Assembly (NCBI RefSeq): GCF_009914755.1
Contig: NC_060947.1
Length of the DNA stretch: 64,000 nucleotides
Source of the DNA: the human T2T-CHM13v2.0 reference genome, Homo sapiens
Direction: 5' to 3' (one strand)
In this document: one piece after another, positions 49,325 to 63,389 of the stretch
Numbering within the stretch: the stretch's first letter is position 1
How the letters are laid out: each line of letters begins with the position of its first letter
Translations under genes and position numbers: made by a program
The notes under the pieces: generated by a model
The model's input: only the letters and a program-made list of their open reading frames with translations
Database searches by the model: none
What the model was told of the DNA's origin: nothing

Positions 49325-49900
49325 TATTTCAACATGCCCTACTGAGCCAATCACTCTGTGCCAAGCCAGTACTAAGAACTGGGGGGACAAAGTGGACTGA
49401 GTCTACTCCCTGCTCTTCAGAAGCTCAAAGGCTGTTTATGAAACCAGAGAAGTAAATATATGCTTTCAATATAATGTGATTAATTATAGGCTAGAAATGA
49501 GATTGAATGCCTTGAAAGCACTGAGGGTGAGGATCCAACACAACCTAGGGGCATCGGGGAAGACTTCCTGTAAAAGGGATCGCCAGGTAGGGTTGAAAGT
49601 AGTTGGGGGGAAACAGTGAGAAATAAATGCCAAAGAAGAAGCAGAAAAAGCAAAGGCAAGGAGGTCTCTTACAGCACTCTATGCTCAGGAAATTATAATG
49701 AGTCAGGATAAGTAAACCTTAGAGTGCAAGGCTTGAAGGGATGGGAGATGAGGCTGGAGAGGAAGGTGGATGGGACCTAGCCATAGGAGTCTCAGATGCC
49801 ACATTAAGAAGCTTAGCTTATATCTAAAGCTAATGGGGAGCTAGTTAGCGATTTTAAGCAGAGACAATTTGTCAGTTGAAAGATCTTTTGGAGTGCAGCA
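49325..49900 (-). mobile_element. L2 fragment
   Basis: tcaacatgcctactgagcc..ctctgtgccaagc; aatggggagcta..gattttaagcag. Confidence 0.65.
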
Positions 49901-50084
49901 AGTATATGAATGAATAAACAAATCTATGTCACAATTTTACTTAAAAATGTGCAATGTTTTCCAGAAGGCTACGGAATAAAGCCAGAAGTCATTGGTTTGG
50001 TTCTCTACAAGCTGCTGTAACCTAAACTTTTCTTCTCAACTCACTCTCTGCTCTAGCCACACAAACCTCTTCACTCATTTAAAG

Positions 50085-50113
50085 CCCTAACCTTAACCCT
50101 AACCCTAACTCTA
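50085..50113 (+). repeat. Short telomere-like tract (CCCTAA)~5
   Basis: ccctaa ccttaa ccctaa ccctaa ctcta. Confidence 0.7.
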
Positions 50114-50534
50114 GTCACTTTGGCACTGGAGAAGTTTAATTGTTATCCAGTGGGAGGTATTAGAAAGAGCACCAATCAGGGGTGAGGAGTGGAGGGGTGA
50201 GATAGGGCTTGGGATTTCAATCTATGTCCTGCTGTTGACATACTGCAGTCATCCTTTCCTATTTCTGGATTTCAGTGTCCCAAGCTATATATTAATCTAA
50301 CTGATCTTCTAAAAGATTATCAATCTCTCTCCCATTTCAGATCCAGGTCTCTAGGATTATGTCAGTCATATGGTTCACATTCCTTGCCCTAGAAGGGTAC
50401 AGAGGTCCCTATGGCAAGGGAATTTATAAAGCATGTGGGTATAGAAGAAATACCATGTCTCTGTGGTAGATGAATACTGCAAAAGGTATCTAAGAGACAT
50501 TTCTGACTTCCTCATCCAGATTGAAAGCACAGAT

Positions 50535-51060
50535 CTTTCTCTATGTCTCTATTTCTCTGTATCTATCTCTGATTATATATGTGTGTGTGTCTATTTCTCT
50601 GTTTCTGTCTCTCTTTCTTTATATATAATATATATTTATGAAATATAAAATAAATATTTCATATTTATTAAATATTTATTTCATATATACACATATATAA
50701 TATACATACATATATAAATCAGTGTCTCTATTTGTCTCTATATATGTTAAATATATAAAAATATTAACATACACATTATTTATAAGCATGTATTTATAAT
50801 ATATTATATAAATAATAAATATATATAAATATACATATTTCTCTGTCTTGGTTTCTATCTCTTTATTTGGAAAATAGAATATATATATATATATATTCTC
50901 TCTGTCTTCATATAGAGACCGAGACAGAGAAATAGAGACACTTATAAATAGAAACACTTATTTATATACGTATTTATATTATATATTTGTATATATGTAT
51001 ATTATATACATATATATGTTATTATATCTAATATGTATATTACATATATATAATTTTTTT
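50535..51060. repeat. TA/TC-rich low-complexity tract with inverted arms
   Basis: Degenerate (TA)n; tgtctctatttctctgt at 50544-50560 and its reverse complement at 50924-50940. Confidence 0.85.
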
Positions 51061-52239
51061 TCTAATTTGGGTATCCAAAGAATGGGGCAATAGGAGGACT
51101 ACAGGGGCATTTTGGGTTGCATTGGTTTGAATTTGCCTAGCCTCAGTAATTCATGAAAGCCCATATAAAAGATTTCACCAAATGAGCCTTGTAAGTTAAA
51201 CTCCATAGGATACATATTCATTCGTTTCTAACTTTCATGTCCAAACAGATCTGCTGTCTGATATTCTCCAGTCCAGGAAATGTAGGTATTTTTCTGGATT
51301 TTACTGTGAAACCAAAGTCACAATGGCACAAGCCAGGTAAGTAAAAGTATATATAGATAGATGGATAGGTATATGGATTAAAGATATTACCAGGATCTTT
51401 TCTAGCTGACTGGCAGCAAAGGGGAAAAGCTTAACAATGTTTGCAAAAGTGATGGCTAATAGAATATGTCAGTGAGTACTTAATTTGCATGTTTTTTATT
51501 TAATGTGAAAACAGAGCTCGGGTTCTTTTCTGACTCGTTTTTCAGTACCTTCAAATTTCTATAACCCTATCCCATTTTCCCTTCCAGGTTGGAAAAAATT
51601 GAATCAGCTAAGCCTAGAGAAATGAGTTGCAGGATATCAGAGGAGAGTATGAAAATAAATAATAACGACTGTTTAAAATGATAGCATTTGCACAATGCTT
51701 TACTGTTCCAATCCTCTTTTGCATAAATCATCTTGATTCTTTTAATAACCATGCTCTAGTGCATTTCAGGGCCTTTACACATGCTATTCTTTTTGTTTTG
51801 AGAATTTTTCCTACCTATCTTTGCCTAGTTCTACTGATGCCTCAAATCTTAGCTCAGTGGTCATTTTTTTAGAGAAACCTCTAACTTCACTGTCCACAGC
51901 AAGCCTCCTTTTCATACACTAAGGGCACTGGTATCTTTCTTTGTTTCTCTTAACATAATTGCAAATTTATTATGAGTGGGCATGATTATTTAATTAGTAC
52001 ATCTCTATAATATAAAAACTATTGCTGAGAAGTGAGGAGGCATGGCATATAATCAGTTTTTATCAATGCAATATGAAAAAAGTGATGTTTGTCACTTCCT
52101 GGCCACAGCACTTAAAAAGCAGGTGCACCTTTCTTATTCTCTCTTCGTTCTTCTCTTGCCTGGGTGTAGAAGCTTATGATATCATAGGACAGTAGTTCTC
52201 AAACTTTATTGAGACAGGTTCATTTATAAAGACAGCTTC

Positions 52240-52517
52240 ATTGTCTGGTGGGAGTCTGTCTCTGCTTCCAAGATGGCACCTTGGACACTGCATCCTCTGG
52301 AAAGGAGAAATGCTGTGGTCTCATATGGCAGAAGGCAGACAAGCAAGAAAGGGGGATGAACTCCCTCCACCAAGCCCTTTTATAAGAGTACCTAACCTAA
52401 TGCATAAGGACAAAGCCCTCAATCACCTCCCAAAGGGCACAGCTCCCAGTGTCTTTGCATTGGTGATTAAGTTTCAACATAAATGTTAGAGGGGACAAAA
52501 ACATTCAAGCCATAATA
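52240..52517 (-). mobile_element. MSTD-like MaLR LTR fragment
   Basis: ctgcttccaagatggcaccttg...aacattcaagccata. Confidence 0.75.
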
Positions 52518-52545
52518 TCCACCCTATGAAATAAGTATTGATTCT

Positions 52546-52910
52546 CTATATGCAGCCATAAAAAAGGAACGAGATTATGTCCTTTGCAGGGGCATTGATG
52601 GAGCTGGAAACCATTATCCTCAGCTAACTAATTCAAGAACAGAAAACCAAACACCGCATGTTCTCACTTATAAGTGGGAGCTGAACCATGAGAACACATG
52701 GACACATGAGGGGAATAACACACACTGGTGCCTGTTGTGGGGGTTGGGGGGAAGAATTCAGGAAGAATAGCTAATGGACGCTGGCCTTAATACCTAGGTG
52801 ATGGGTTAATCTGTGCAGCACACCACCATGGCACACATTTACCTATGTAACAAATCCATACATCCTGCACATGTACCCTGGAACTTAAAATAAAAGTTGA
52901 AGAAAAAAAT
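52546..52910 (+). mobile_element. L1PA10-like 3' end
   Basis: tcaggaagaatagctaatgg..taatacctaggtgatggg; TSD aaataagtRttgattct at 52529-52545 and 52911-52927. Confidence 0.9.
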
Positions 52911-55829
52911 AAATAAGTGTTGATTCTGCGTTTTACAAGATATTTATTGGGGGTCTGCTACCTGCCAGGCACAGTGTAGGTAAGGTATTTCTAGCCTCTT
53001 TGTAGTGATGAGAAAACTGAAAAAAAATATATATATATATATATACACACACATATACATATACATATATATAGTAAGGTAAAGGGACTTCAGTTCACAG
53101 AGCTAAAAATGATTAATCTAGAGTTCCAACTCATGTCTATCATTCTACATTCAAGGTCCTCTCTATTACATGCTGTACAGAGTGAGCAATATGAGCAAGT
53201 GCAATATGAACAAAAGTAAGCATTGTATATTTTTTAATTGAAATAAATTTCATTTCCATACATTTGGAAAAATTCATGGTACATTACTGGGATCACTGGC
53301 AATATGATCAGCCAACATTTATTGAACATCAATTGTTTGCTGGATAGTAAGGATATATAGAAAATATTAATAATATTAGGCATACCCTGCTAAGTGCCAA
53401 GTGAGTGGTAGAAGTGTTCTAGGCCTTCTGAGAAGGACAAGAGCACTGTGAGTTGGAGTGGATCTGGTATGCTTCACAGAAAATGTAAACTTTGAGCTGA
53501 GCCTTGGAAGACAGGTAAGAGTCTAATAAAAGGAGTAGGAAGAGGAAGAAGGGCATTTCAAGGAGAAGAAATAATGTGAACAAAAGCTTCCCAAGGTGCT
53601 GAAAAACCAGGTTGGGCATCGCTGGTTTTGGACCAATAGTCCAATACAAATACAAACTTCTGAACAAAATGTGGTAAGTGAAAACACAGCTGGTTTTAAG
53701 GATTTAAAAGAGTGATAAAAAGGTATGAGAGTGGGAGACGAAAGTCCTGAACTGAGTTACTGAAAGTGACAGCACTTTATAAACTGGAAAGCACAATGCA
53801 CATAGAAGTGATTAAAAAATTATTGTTGTTGTTGTTATTGCTATCTACCACTGAGTAAATGATTTTATTTAATAATCATTGAGTTTCATCATTGAATGGT
53901 GGTTATTTCTATAACCCAATCAAAGGCATAACCTCTGTCCAGAAAGACTTTGAAAACAAAATATGCAAATTAAAAATTTTCTTTCATTTCAGTTTATTGG
54001 AAGTTTAGAAAGGCCTGAGGCAGCAGGTGGGTGACTTGAGGCACTGTAAATCCTTCACACTTAAGGTGAGCTTCTTGGAGGAAATGGGTTTGGGAAAGGT
54101 AAATTTTTATCAAGGAAAAATAAAGTTTGACAGAATGAGCCCGCAATATTAATGATTGTCTCTCACTTTGGACAACATTTTGATCTCTTTGGTGACTTGT
54201 ATGCATTCATTTTCCTCTCATTCTGACTCTGGGAAATGAGGGGAACTGATATTGCAATTCTATATGAATGCAGTCTTGAGGGCTATGGAGCCAAGATGCC
54301 TGGGTTCAAATACCAGCTCTGTAAGTTCCTAGCTGTGAGAAGCTACACCTCTCTGAACCTCAGAGAGAAAGAATAATCCCTACTTTGCAGAATTCTAATG
54401 AGGATTAAATAAAATATGTATATATAGGGCCTCAGGTGTTCCTCAAATATAATTTCTTGTTTGCTTCCCTGACAATATAGAGCATAAGTTTGAGAGTCAG
54501 AGAAGATGTGAGTCCAAGTGAAGAAAATTAATTTATTCATTCAACAAATCGCAATTGAGTTCCTCCTAAATGTCTAGCTTAGTGCAAGGGGCCAGAGATA
54601 AGAGCAATAAACAAAGCACACAAGATCCTTACTTTTGTAAAGTGAACAGGCTAGGTCTTTTTGACATATACCTGCTTTGCTCCTGTAATATTTTATTCAA
54701 AAGATCCTCAGTTTCCTCGATGGAAGAATAGTCATTGCCCAACATACTTTATAGTAAAGTTGTGAAGATTAGATTAGATAACACACAGAAGAGTTCTTAT
54801 GGACAGTATATTACTATACTGATGAAATTATTAGTAGCTGTGTTCCTATTTGATCCCAAGGGCAGGGGAGCTAAGAGGCATGGGTTGCTAGCTACAGGTA
54901 CCAGAGACCATCTTATTATGGAATCCTGATCAGGAATCTGATAAGATTGAAGGATACGAGAATGTCATCAACAGCATTAGCCCAGTTGCTGGTGGTGTCC
55001 AGGCACTTTGTACAGCCAGGAAGGTGTACCTCTGTAATGGTGAAGGAGAAAACCTTTGTCTTTTAAGCCTCCAGTCATTCCTTCCTGTACTCAACTTTCC
55101 TGTTTTCCCTGACAGGAAGCCCACATTTTCATTGCCTTCCCAATGTTCTCCTTTTTCCCCCTCTCTAAGTCAATATGCTCTAAGGAAATGATCTGGTCAA
55201 TTAATTCATATTGATGTGCCAATGACTACAAAAACTTTATAGGTGACCACTCCTAAGGAAAGGGGCATTGAATTGAAGGCTTAGCCTTACAACAAACAGA
55301 AAACTAATGGTAGTATTCTGGGGAATATCAATAAAGCTCAGGTTCCTTGGCAATCATACCAGGTGGGTGAAAGCTGTTGCCACTATAGGAGACTTACAAT
55401 AGAAAAACCATAAAATGTCACAGCTAAAAGACTTTTCATATTATGTCCCCTAGAACAGTAGTCATTCATCTATTTTTCTGTAAAGGAAGAAGATGACGAA
55501 GTGTTTATCAATATCTCTGGAAATGCTGTTTAGCAGCCTCAAAACATAGACATTTTATGGATCATTGATAGGATTAAGAAAGAGCACAGATCTATTGATA
55601 TACACAGAGAAACTCATCTCCAAATCTCACTAATAAGGTCCTCAGGCTGTAGTAGTTCTCAAAAATGTGTACTTTCTGACTCTGTAAATGAAATCTATTT
55701 ATTTGATTGTCTTCTCAGAAAGTCCAGTTTAAGGAAACTATCCCTCAATTTTTCCAAAAGGAACCCCCTCATTTACATGGTTACTGAGGTCTAAGATGTT
55801 CCTACAATGAGATTCCACTCTATGGTGAC

Positions 55830-56232
55830 AATTAATTGGTGAAAAGGTGGACATCTGATCCAAGCTTGTACAATAAGTCCTCACTTGGACTTTTGGACCA
55901 AGAGATTTCAGCTTAGTTTGGTTCTTAATTTGAACTTTAGCAATGTTAGCAATGGCCATTTTCTCCCATTTGGACTTAGAATAAAGAAAGTGGTCAGTGG
56001 AGAGAAGACAAGACATGCCAAGAGAAGCAGAGAAAATGGAGGGAGAGAAAGAGTCCTGAGAGCATTGAGTCCCTATTCCAATGGCATCTGAAGCCCAGTA
56101 GAATACTTGTTCTGTGAGACATCTTTGTAGGCTTACTTACAAACAGATCCATAGGCTAAGTTATGACATTTTTCTTTTTGCTTAAGTGAACTCAACTGGG
56201 CTTCTCTTGCAACCAGAATTCCTAACTAATAA
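55830..56232 (+). mobile_element. Old MLT1-family LTR fragment
   Basis: 3' end tttttgcttaag..cttgcaaccagaattcctaactaata. Confidence 0.55.
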
Positions 56233-56729
56233 AACTCCATATTTATGAAAACCAAAGACAAGTCATTAATGATCTTTTACATTCACACAATCTTGCTATT
56301 ATACAAGTATTTTCTTCTTTGATTTGTGTTATCACTTGTTCACACATGATTTTCTAATGGCAGAAGTTGTAGGCCAGGTGCTATTTCCATCGTTAAGAAA
56401 CCTGTAGAAACTGAGGCACGAAGCAATTCAAAGATTCATCAAGGATCAATATCAGACCTAAAACACATATCAAGGTATTATGATTTTGGATTGTTCATGA
56501 CTTTTGTTGTCTCAGTCCAGTGTGGAACATCTTGACTTTGAGCTAGTAATTCTCATGGATAAAGATGGCAGGTTAAAGAAGTCAAAATGTTTCCTCTAAC
56601 CAACTAAAGCCAATGTCATAGTATTTGAGCACAGCCATTCTGAGCCCAAGGTGGTTGAGACATTCATGCAATATGGCATAGAGTAGTTAGAGAGCACAAG
56701 CTGTAGAGTCAGAAGATATCTGAATCTTG

Positions 56730-56871
56730 AGCCGCGCACAGTGGCATGTGCTTGTAGCCCCAGCTACTAGGGAGGCTGAGGCAGGAAAATTGCTTGAGCC
56801 TAAAAGGTCTAGTCCAGGCTGGGCAATATAGCAAAAGCCCATCTCTTAGAAAAAGTAAAAATAAAGAATAA
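56730..56871 (+). mobile_element. FLAM_A-like free left Alu monomer inside a MIR
   Basis: Monomer gccgcgcacagtggcatgtgcttgtagccccagctact..cccatctct plus A tail; TSD agaagatNNNtgaatcttg at 56711-56729 and 56872-56890. Confidence 0.85.
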
Positions 56872-56987
56872 AGAAGATGGTTGAATCTTGTCTTTATCAT
56901 TTTCAAACTGTGTGGAATTGAGCAAGCCATTTAAACTTCATGAGCCTCATTTCCTCATCTATGAAATGAGAATAAAAATATCTTCTT

Positions 56988-57900
56988 GGAGTGGCAGCAG
57001 TAGCTGCAGTTGCAAGTGTCCAGGCTCTGGGCTAGGGCAGTGGTGGCACCATCTTTTGCCCAGGCAGATAGGGAGGCCAGGATTGGGAACTGGAGGATGC
57101 AGTGGACTATGGGAACAACCTGGAGTCTGAAGAACTGGAGTTTGAGAGTTGCTGCTAAAGCCTGAGCCTGAACCAGACCCCAAAAGGGGAAGCCCTGGTC
57201 CTGGATCAGGAGCCTCTGGCAGCCAGGATGAGAAAGAGGAGCCAGGACTATTTGTGGATGATCTGGGGTATGGTAGCATTGAGGACCCGGAGCTCAAGTA
57301 AGGAAGACAGAGGAAGAAGCTGAAAAGCTTCAGGAGCTACAGAATGAAGTAGACAAGCAGATGAATATAAGTCTACCTCTAGACAATGCTAGCCCAGTGA
57401 TCATCCATTGAGGAGAAGATGAAGGCTGATGTCGCTTCCATCTATGTTGGCAATGTGAACTATGATGCAACAGCAGAAGTGCTGGAAGCACACTTTTATG
57501 GTTGTGGTTCAGTCAACAGCGTTACCATACTCTTTGGCTAATTAGAGGCCATTCCAAGGGGTTTGTATATACAGAGTTCTGAAACAAAGAGTCAGAAAGG
57601 ACTTCCTTGGTCTTTCTATATAGAGAAAGAAAGATCAAGGTGATCCCCAAATAAACCAACAGACCAGGCATCAGTACAACAGACAGGTTTTCCAGGAGTC
57701 CTGGTTCCTGGACAACAAACTATGACAGTTCCAGCTCTCATTTCTACAGTGGTTTTAGCAATCGGCCCTGAGGTTGAGCTACAGGGGCCAGGCTAAAATA
57801 ATATAATATTCCCCTTACTGAAAATGAAGTGTATATTGGGAAAAAGAGAAAGGAAGGGAAAATGAATTAGAAAAATGAAAAGCAGATGAAAAAAGGAAAA
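56988..57900 (+). pseudogene. PABPN1: Processed (intronless) pseudogene of PABPN1, nuclear poly(A)-binding protein 1
   Basis: Colinear, intronless remnants [68 protein letters not shown] (RRM), IKVIPK, TNRPGISTTDR and YSPY-stop (57807-57821), then an A/G-rich 3' UTR start; many frameshifts and deletions. The symbol given is the parent gene. Confidence 0.95.
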
Positions 57901-58164
57901 ACCTCCCCAGCTGAACTCATAAAGTGTATTAGGATTAGATGGGGGGCAAAAGCTTTGAAAAGTCTAAACTGCTGTACATGTACCAGTTGTTCTGATATTT
58001 CAACAAAATAGAAGTCTATTCCATGAATGTTGAAAAATGATGACTTTGGTTCTTCACTTTGTATTATGAGCTTCTCGAGAGCATGTTTAGCACATAGTAG
58101 GTGCATTTTGACTAAGAGAAAAGGCCCACACACATGACATACAAATATCATTTAGTAGTCAGGA

Positions 58165-58350
58165 TAACATAAGATCTAGAGCCAAGTTCAGGGGTTCCAA
58201 TCCTGACTTTATTGTTTATTACCTGTATGACTTTCAACAAGTTGCTATATTCTCTGAGCTTCTCTTTCCTCATCTGTAAAATAAAAATAATAATAGTACC
58301 TTTCTAATAGGATTGTTGTGAGGATTCAGTTCATTCACGTAAAGCAGTTA
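58165..58350 (+). mobile_element. MIR
   Basis: tctctgagcttctctttcctcatctgtaaaat..ggattgttgtgaggatt. Confidence 0.8.
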
Positions 58351-58389
58351 GAAGAATGACTGAGATCATGTTCATACTGAGTTAGTTCA

Positions 58390-58742
<353 letters not shown>

Positions 58743-59879
58743 GAGAAATGGCTAGCACATAGTCAGTGTATAATAAATGTTAGCTGCTATAATAGTCCAT
58801 CACTTATATCCTATAATAGATAATAGAACCACAACCTTGTTATTCCTTGATAAGGCCCTTTCATTTCAATCTGAACACACAAGCTAAATGTCCTTGCAAT
58901 ATTGTACTCCTTTTGTGTCCATATGACTGTCCTGGTTTGCCATCTTTGACAGAAACTGCTTTTAACAGCTTTGCATCCAAGTTTTCTGGACACTGCCATA
59001 GTGCACACAGTTACATTTTGGCCAGCATTGAAAAGCGGGTGACTAAGGGATGATAATGCTGAATGGGAGACAAAGGGGCTATTTCTGATATGCTAGTATT
59101 TGATTGTTGTATTTGAATATGCTTTAGTCCCAGATTTCAGTTGATTCAGGAAATAATATAGCCAGAATTGGTATTCTATGAGAATGTAATCTGTTTTGGT
59201 CTGTTGAAAAATACTGTTTGTTTTTCTCCATGGCTTTGATCATAATAATTCAAAATTTTAGTTTACAAAAGCTTGAATCATCTATCTAAATAAAGTAACA
59301 GATTTTCAACTGACAAATACCAAAGCACTGTTTGTGACTCATTAGGTATAGGAATTCCTACTGATAACCCTGTACTTTCCAAAATATGAGAGAATAACAC
59401 CCCTTCTTTTTATTAACTTACATTTTTACTCGGCCAGAAATTAAGGAAACTTCTGACGTTCACAAGTTGATTCATGATATTCTAAGTAGTTATCTGCCCT
59501 GGATCAGAGTGAAAGTAAGAGGGCTGGGGGCATTTCCTCAGGGGCTTCTGAGATATGTCATACTTCTCTGTTAGGCAAGTAGAGGAAGGCATTAGCAAGG
59601 AATTGTGGGATTCCACCTATAACACATCATCAGTGCTATTCCCTTGTGACTTCGCTGTCACCCATTCCCAGAAGCAGCTGCCAGGAAATGAGTACAAATA
59701 ATTTGTCCTCAAGTCAAGATAGAGCCAGTCCAACCCTAACCAAAGTTTTCAGTTAGCAGCAAATAATTTGTATCTCTGGGGACCAGGGATCACTTGATGA
59801 GTGGGGCTAATTTCTTAAAACCCTGGTGTGGAAGAAATAATTCTGACAAAGGAGAATGCGTGCCCCATATTTCTCTGCG

Positions 59880-60045
59880 TCTGAATAGCTAAATGACCTT
59901 GGGTGAGTCACTTAAGCTTTCAGAGGCTCAGTTTCCTCTCCTGTGCAACAGAGATAATAGTGCATGCTGTGCTTCACTCCAAAAGTCTCTATGAAAATTG
60001 ACTGAGGTAATACATGCAAATGTTCTTTGTTTACCACAATGTCCT
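59880..60045 (+). mobile_element. MIR
   Basis: tgaccttgggtgagtcacttaagc..ctcagtttcctc. Confidence 0.75.
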
Positions 60046-61189
60046 GTACAAAAGTCAGGTGGTATCACTGCTGCCAGAGAGTGAAGGTGCGAAGACAGGG
60101 TGAAGGCACCCCTCCTCATCATTTGTATTATTTCACCAGAGAAGTAATACGGATATGACAGCAATCATTTAGTACCTTTGAATTCTACAGCGAGGTTCTG
60201 TTACTGTGAAAGATAGCAGTAGCCTCAATTGCATCTTTGGCCTCATTCTGATTTCCCCAGAATACTCCATTCTTAAAGGCCCAAAGGTGACATATGTTCT
60301 TTGACTGGTGGTCATTTTCCCTTTTGGCAGCTACTGAGTCCCACCTCAGTACCTGGTGGAGCCTAAATGAATATGAGCCAAGATTCCCAGTATTTTGCCA
60401 TCTACAAATATATGTTTTGCAGCAAAGAATGCTGCCAAGGACTTTTCTAGAGTGGACTGGGATAGGGCTTTTTTCCTGGGGAAGAGTGAAATGTGGGTAG
60501 GGAGGAAGAGGGACCTTGCTAAACTAATTTTCAACTGTTGACCTCTGCTTCACATGTTTTGAAATCTTTTAAATGTGGAGTTTAAACTTTGAATCCCAAA
60601 TGTTATCCCTGGCACCTGAACTTGGGGTCAAATATCCTTAGGCATTTTGAAAAGCAAATAGCAGTACACAAATGATACCGGTAATTAACTGTTGCCTAAT
60701 GCCTGAGAAGTAATATGACAGTCAGTTTTGTGTCAAACAAACCAGGCTTCAACCTTTAACTCTGCCTCAATATTGTTACCTTTAAAATGGGGATAATAAC
60801 AAACAATAATATTTCACTTGGAGAGTTATTATTACAATTACACAATATACATGTTGTCACATAATAGACAATTAAAATAATCTTTATTATGCATTTTCTT
60901 TGCATTCATCATTTTACTAGGTTTTTCACAACAAATCATCAAGAAAGAAGTTATTATCTCCATTTTAGAAAAAAAGTAAAATGAGGTTTAAAGTGGTTAA
61001 GTGATTAAGACAGAGGTCACATGGCATATAAATAAGAATGGAAATTATTTTTATTTTTCATCAGACGTAACTGTACAACTCTGTTACAAAATGCCTTGCT
61101 ATAACAAAGATTCAATAACGTCCCTGCTTACCTAATGTCTGGTTCTTATATTATGGATGAACAGAGCACCACACTATAGCATCAGAGAG

Positions 61190-61350
61190 GTAGTTGAAGT
61201 AGAGTGGTAAGAGATCAATTGCTTTCTAATAGAACACCCAGATTCATAGTACGGGCCCTGCCTCAGATTAGCTGGCTGACCTTGGGCAAATTACCTAATA
61301 TTTCTGAGCCTCAGTTAACCCCTCTATAAAGTAGGAATAAAACTGCTTGG
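61190..61350 (+). mobile_element. MIR
   Basis: tgaccttgggcaaattacctaatatttctgagcctcagtt. Confidence 0.75.
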
Positions 61351-61452
61351 TTTCTTATGCAAAAATATGTAATTATCAGTGTTCTGCAATGCCAGTATAT
61401 CACAGTGGGTTCCTAGTAAGTTATCATTAGGAGTAAAACAGCAGAAGTATAG

Positions 61453-61791
<339 letters not shown>

Positions 61792-62401
61792 GCATTTAAT
61801 ATTGTATACCTATATTTTGGTTAAACAAAACATGTAGAGCTCTTAGTCCCAGTGTCTAGCAGAGTGCCTGGCATACAGTGAAAATTTCCACTTATTTGTT
61901 AACAAATTAGAGAAATGAAGGAATGGCAATGCAGGAGGTGGGAGATACTGCCTGGTGGAGGAGAAAGATTTATTTCTATATCTATAGATCTCCATCTATA
62001 AAATTAGAATACATATCTGGTTGTGATAAGTATTTTAAAAGAGATAGAAATAAAGTACTATATAAATTAACTATGATTAATCAATCTAGAAAATAATTCC
62101 CAATATTGAATCCCAAAGAATTCAACATTTGGGCTGTCGTTTGAAAGATAAGTTGAATTTGGTCATGAAGGAAGAGAGGGGGGATACAATTTCAGTAAAA
62201 GGTAACAGCAAGGTCCAAAGACAGTCAGGTCTTCAGTAGTATGGAGTATATTCAGAGGGAGCCCAAGATGTCTGATGTGACTAAAAAGATTGGTGGTTGG
62301 TAGGAGGAAGAGGTGTGAGAAGAGGCTGTAAAGAAAAATTGAAACTTGATTGTGATGGACTTTAAAGGCTAGGCTATGGGACTTGGACATGAATCTGCAG
62401 G

Positions 62402-62720
62402 CCAGTGTTTGCAGACTGGCAGCCCATAAACTGATTCTTATCAACAGACATGTGTTGTTTGGCCTGCAGAGGTTTGGCCTGCATGATGATTTTAAACCAT
62501 CTGAATTAGTAGCCATCATTTTCAAAAATCAAGAGATGCCACATTAAAATATGGAATGCTGCTGTTCTTGAAAATAATGAAACATCTGGAACATTGAGGC
62601 CACATTCCTGACTGACAGCAATCAGTTGGAGCTGCGTAGTGACTGCCCACTTTACATGGGGCATCTGATCCCTAGTCGATTACAGCTGCCACCACTTCCC
62701 TTTATCTCTCTAATACCAAG
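62402..62720 (+). mobile_element. MER102-like hAT element inside L2-derived sequence
   Basis: gcagactggcagcccat..cagacatgtgttgtttggcctgca; right boundary approximate. Confidence 0.6.
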
Positions 62721-63389
62721 CTCTTTTCACTCATTTTTGTTACTTAAGAGATATTTGGGTTTGAAACCTCTGATGCAGGTAATTGAGGGTTATAGAGCAG
62801 AGGACAGATGCTATCAGAGTTGTCTTTTAAGAAAGAACCCTCTGTTCTCATTTTGTTGAAGATAGCCTGGAAGAGGGCAGCCAGGGGAGAAGTTAGGGCT
62901 GGAGCTATGAGAAAGGATAAGATGAGATGATGGCTTCAACATTGAGGACAGAAAGAATATTGAGATGAGAAAGTAGTCCATTATAAGCATCTATGCAAAG
63001 GAAATAGCAGATGTCCACAAATCAGCAGAGGCAACAACTCTGAAAGTTTATTCATAAGCCCCTCTTTTCATCTCCAATCCAGTTCAAATGTAATTATTTA
63101 AATTGTTCTTCACTCTCCTTCCTGGATCATGAATGAGCTCCTTAAATGCAGGGTCCACAGTGTCCTATTCATCAGTGAATTCCAAGTGCCTAGCACAGAG
63201 CCTGGCAAATAGTAAATGCTTAACAAATATTCGTTCAGTGCATGAATTGGAGTGATTCTCTACTTTGCTCATAAGTTGAAAAAAGGTTTATTACATACCT
63301 AAATATGCTGAAATCACAGGGCATTTGGCAACCCCCCAAAACCAAAACTCCCAGTTTGGAAACAGAATTTTAATTCTGTGAAAATAAAA

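Noticed and set aside
56959-57297. 112-aa Pro/Ser/Gly-rich minus-strand ORF
   Set aside because: Antisense shadow of the GC-rich PABPN1 pseudogene 5' part
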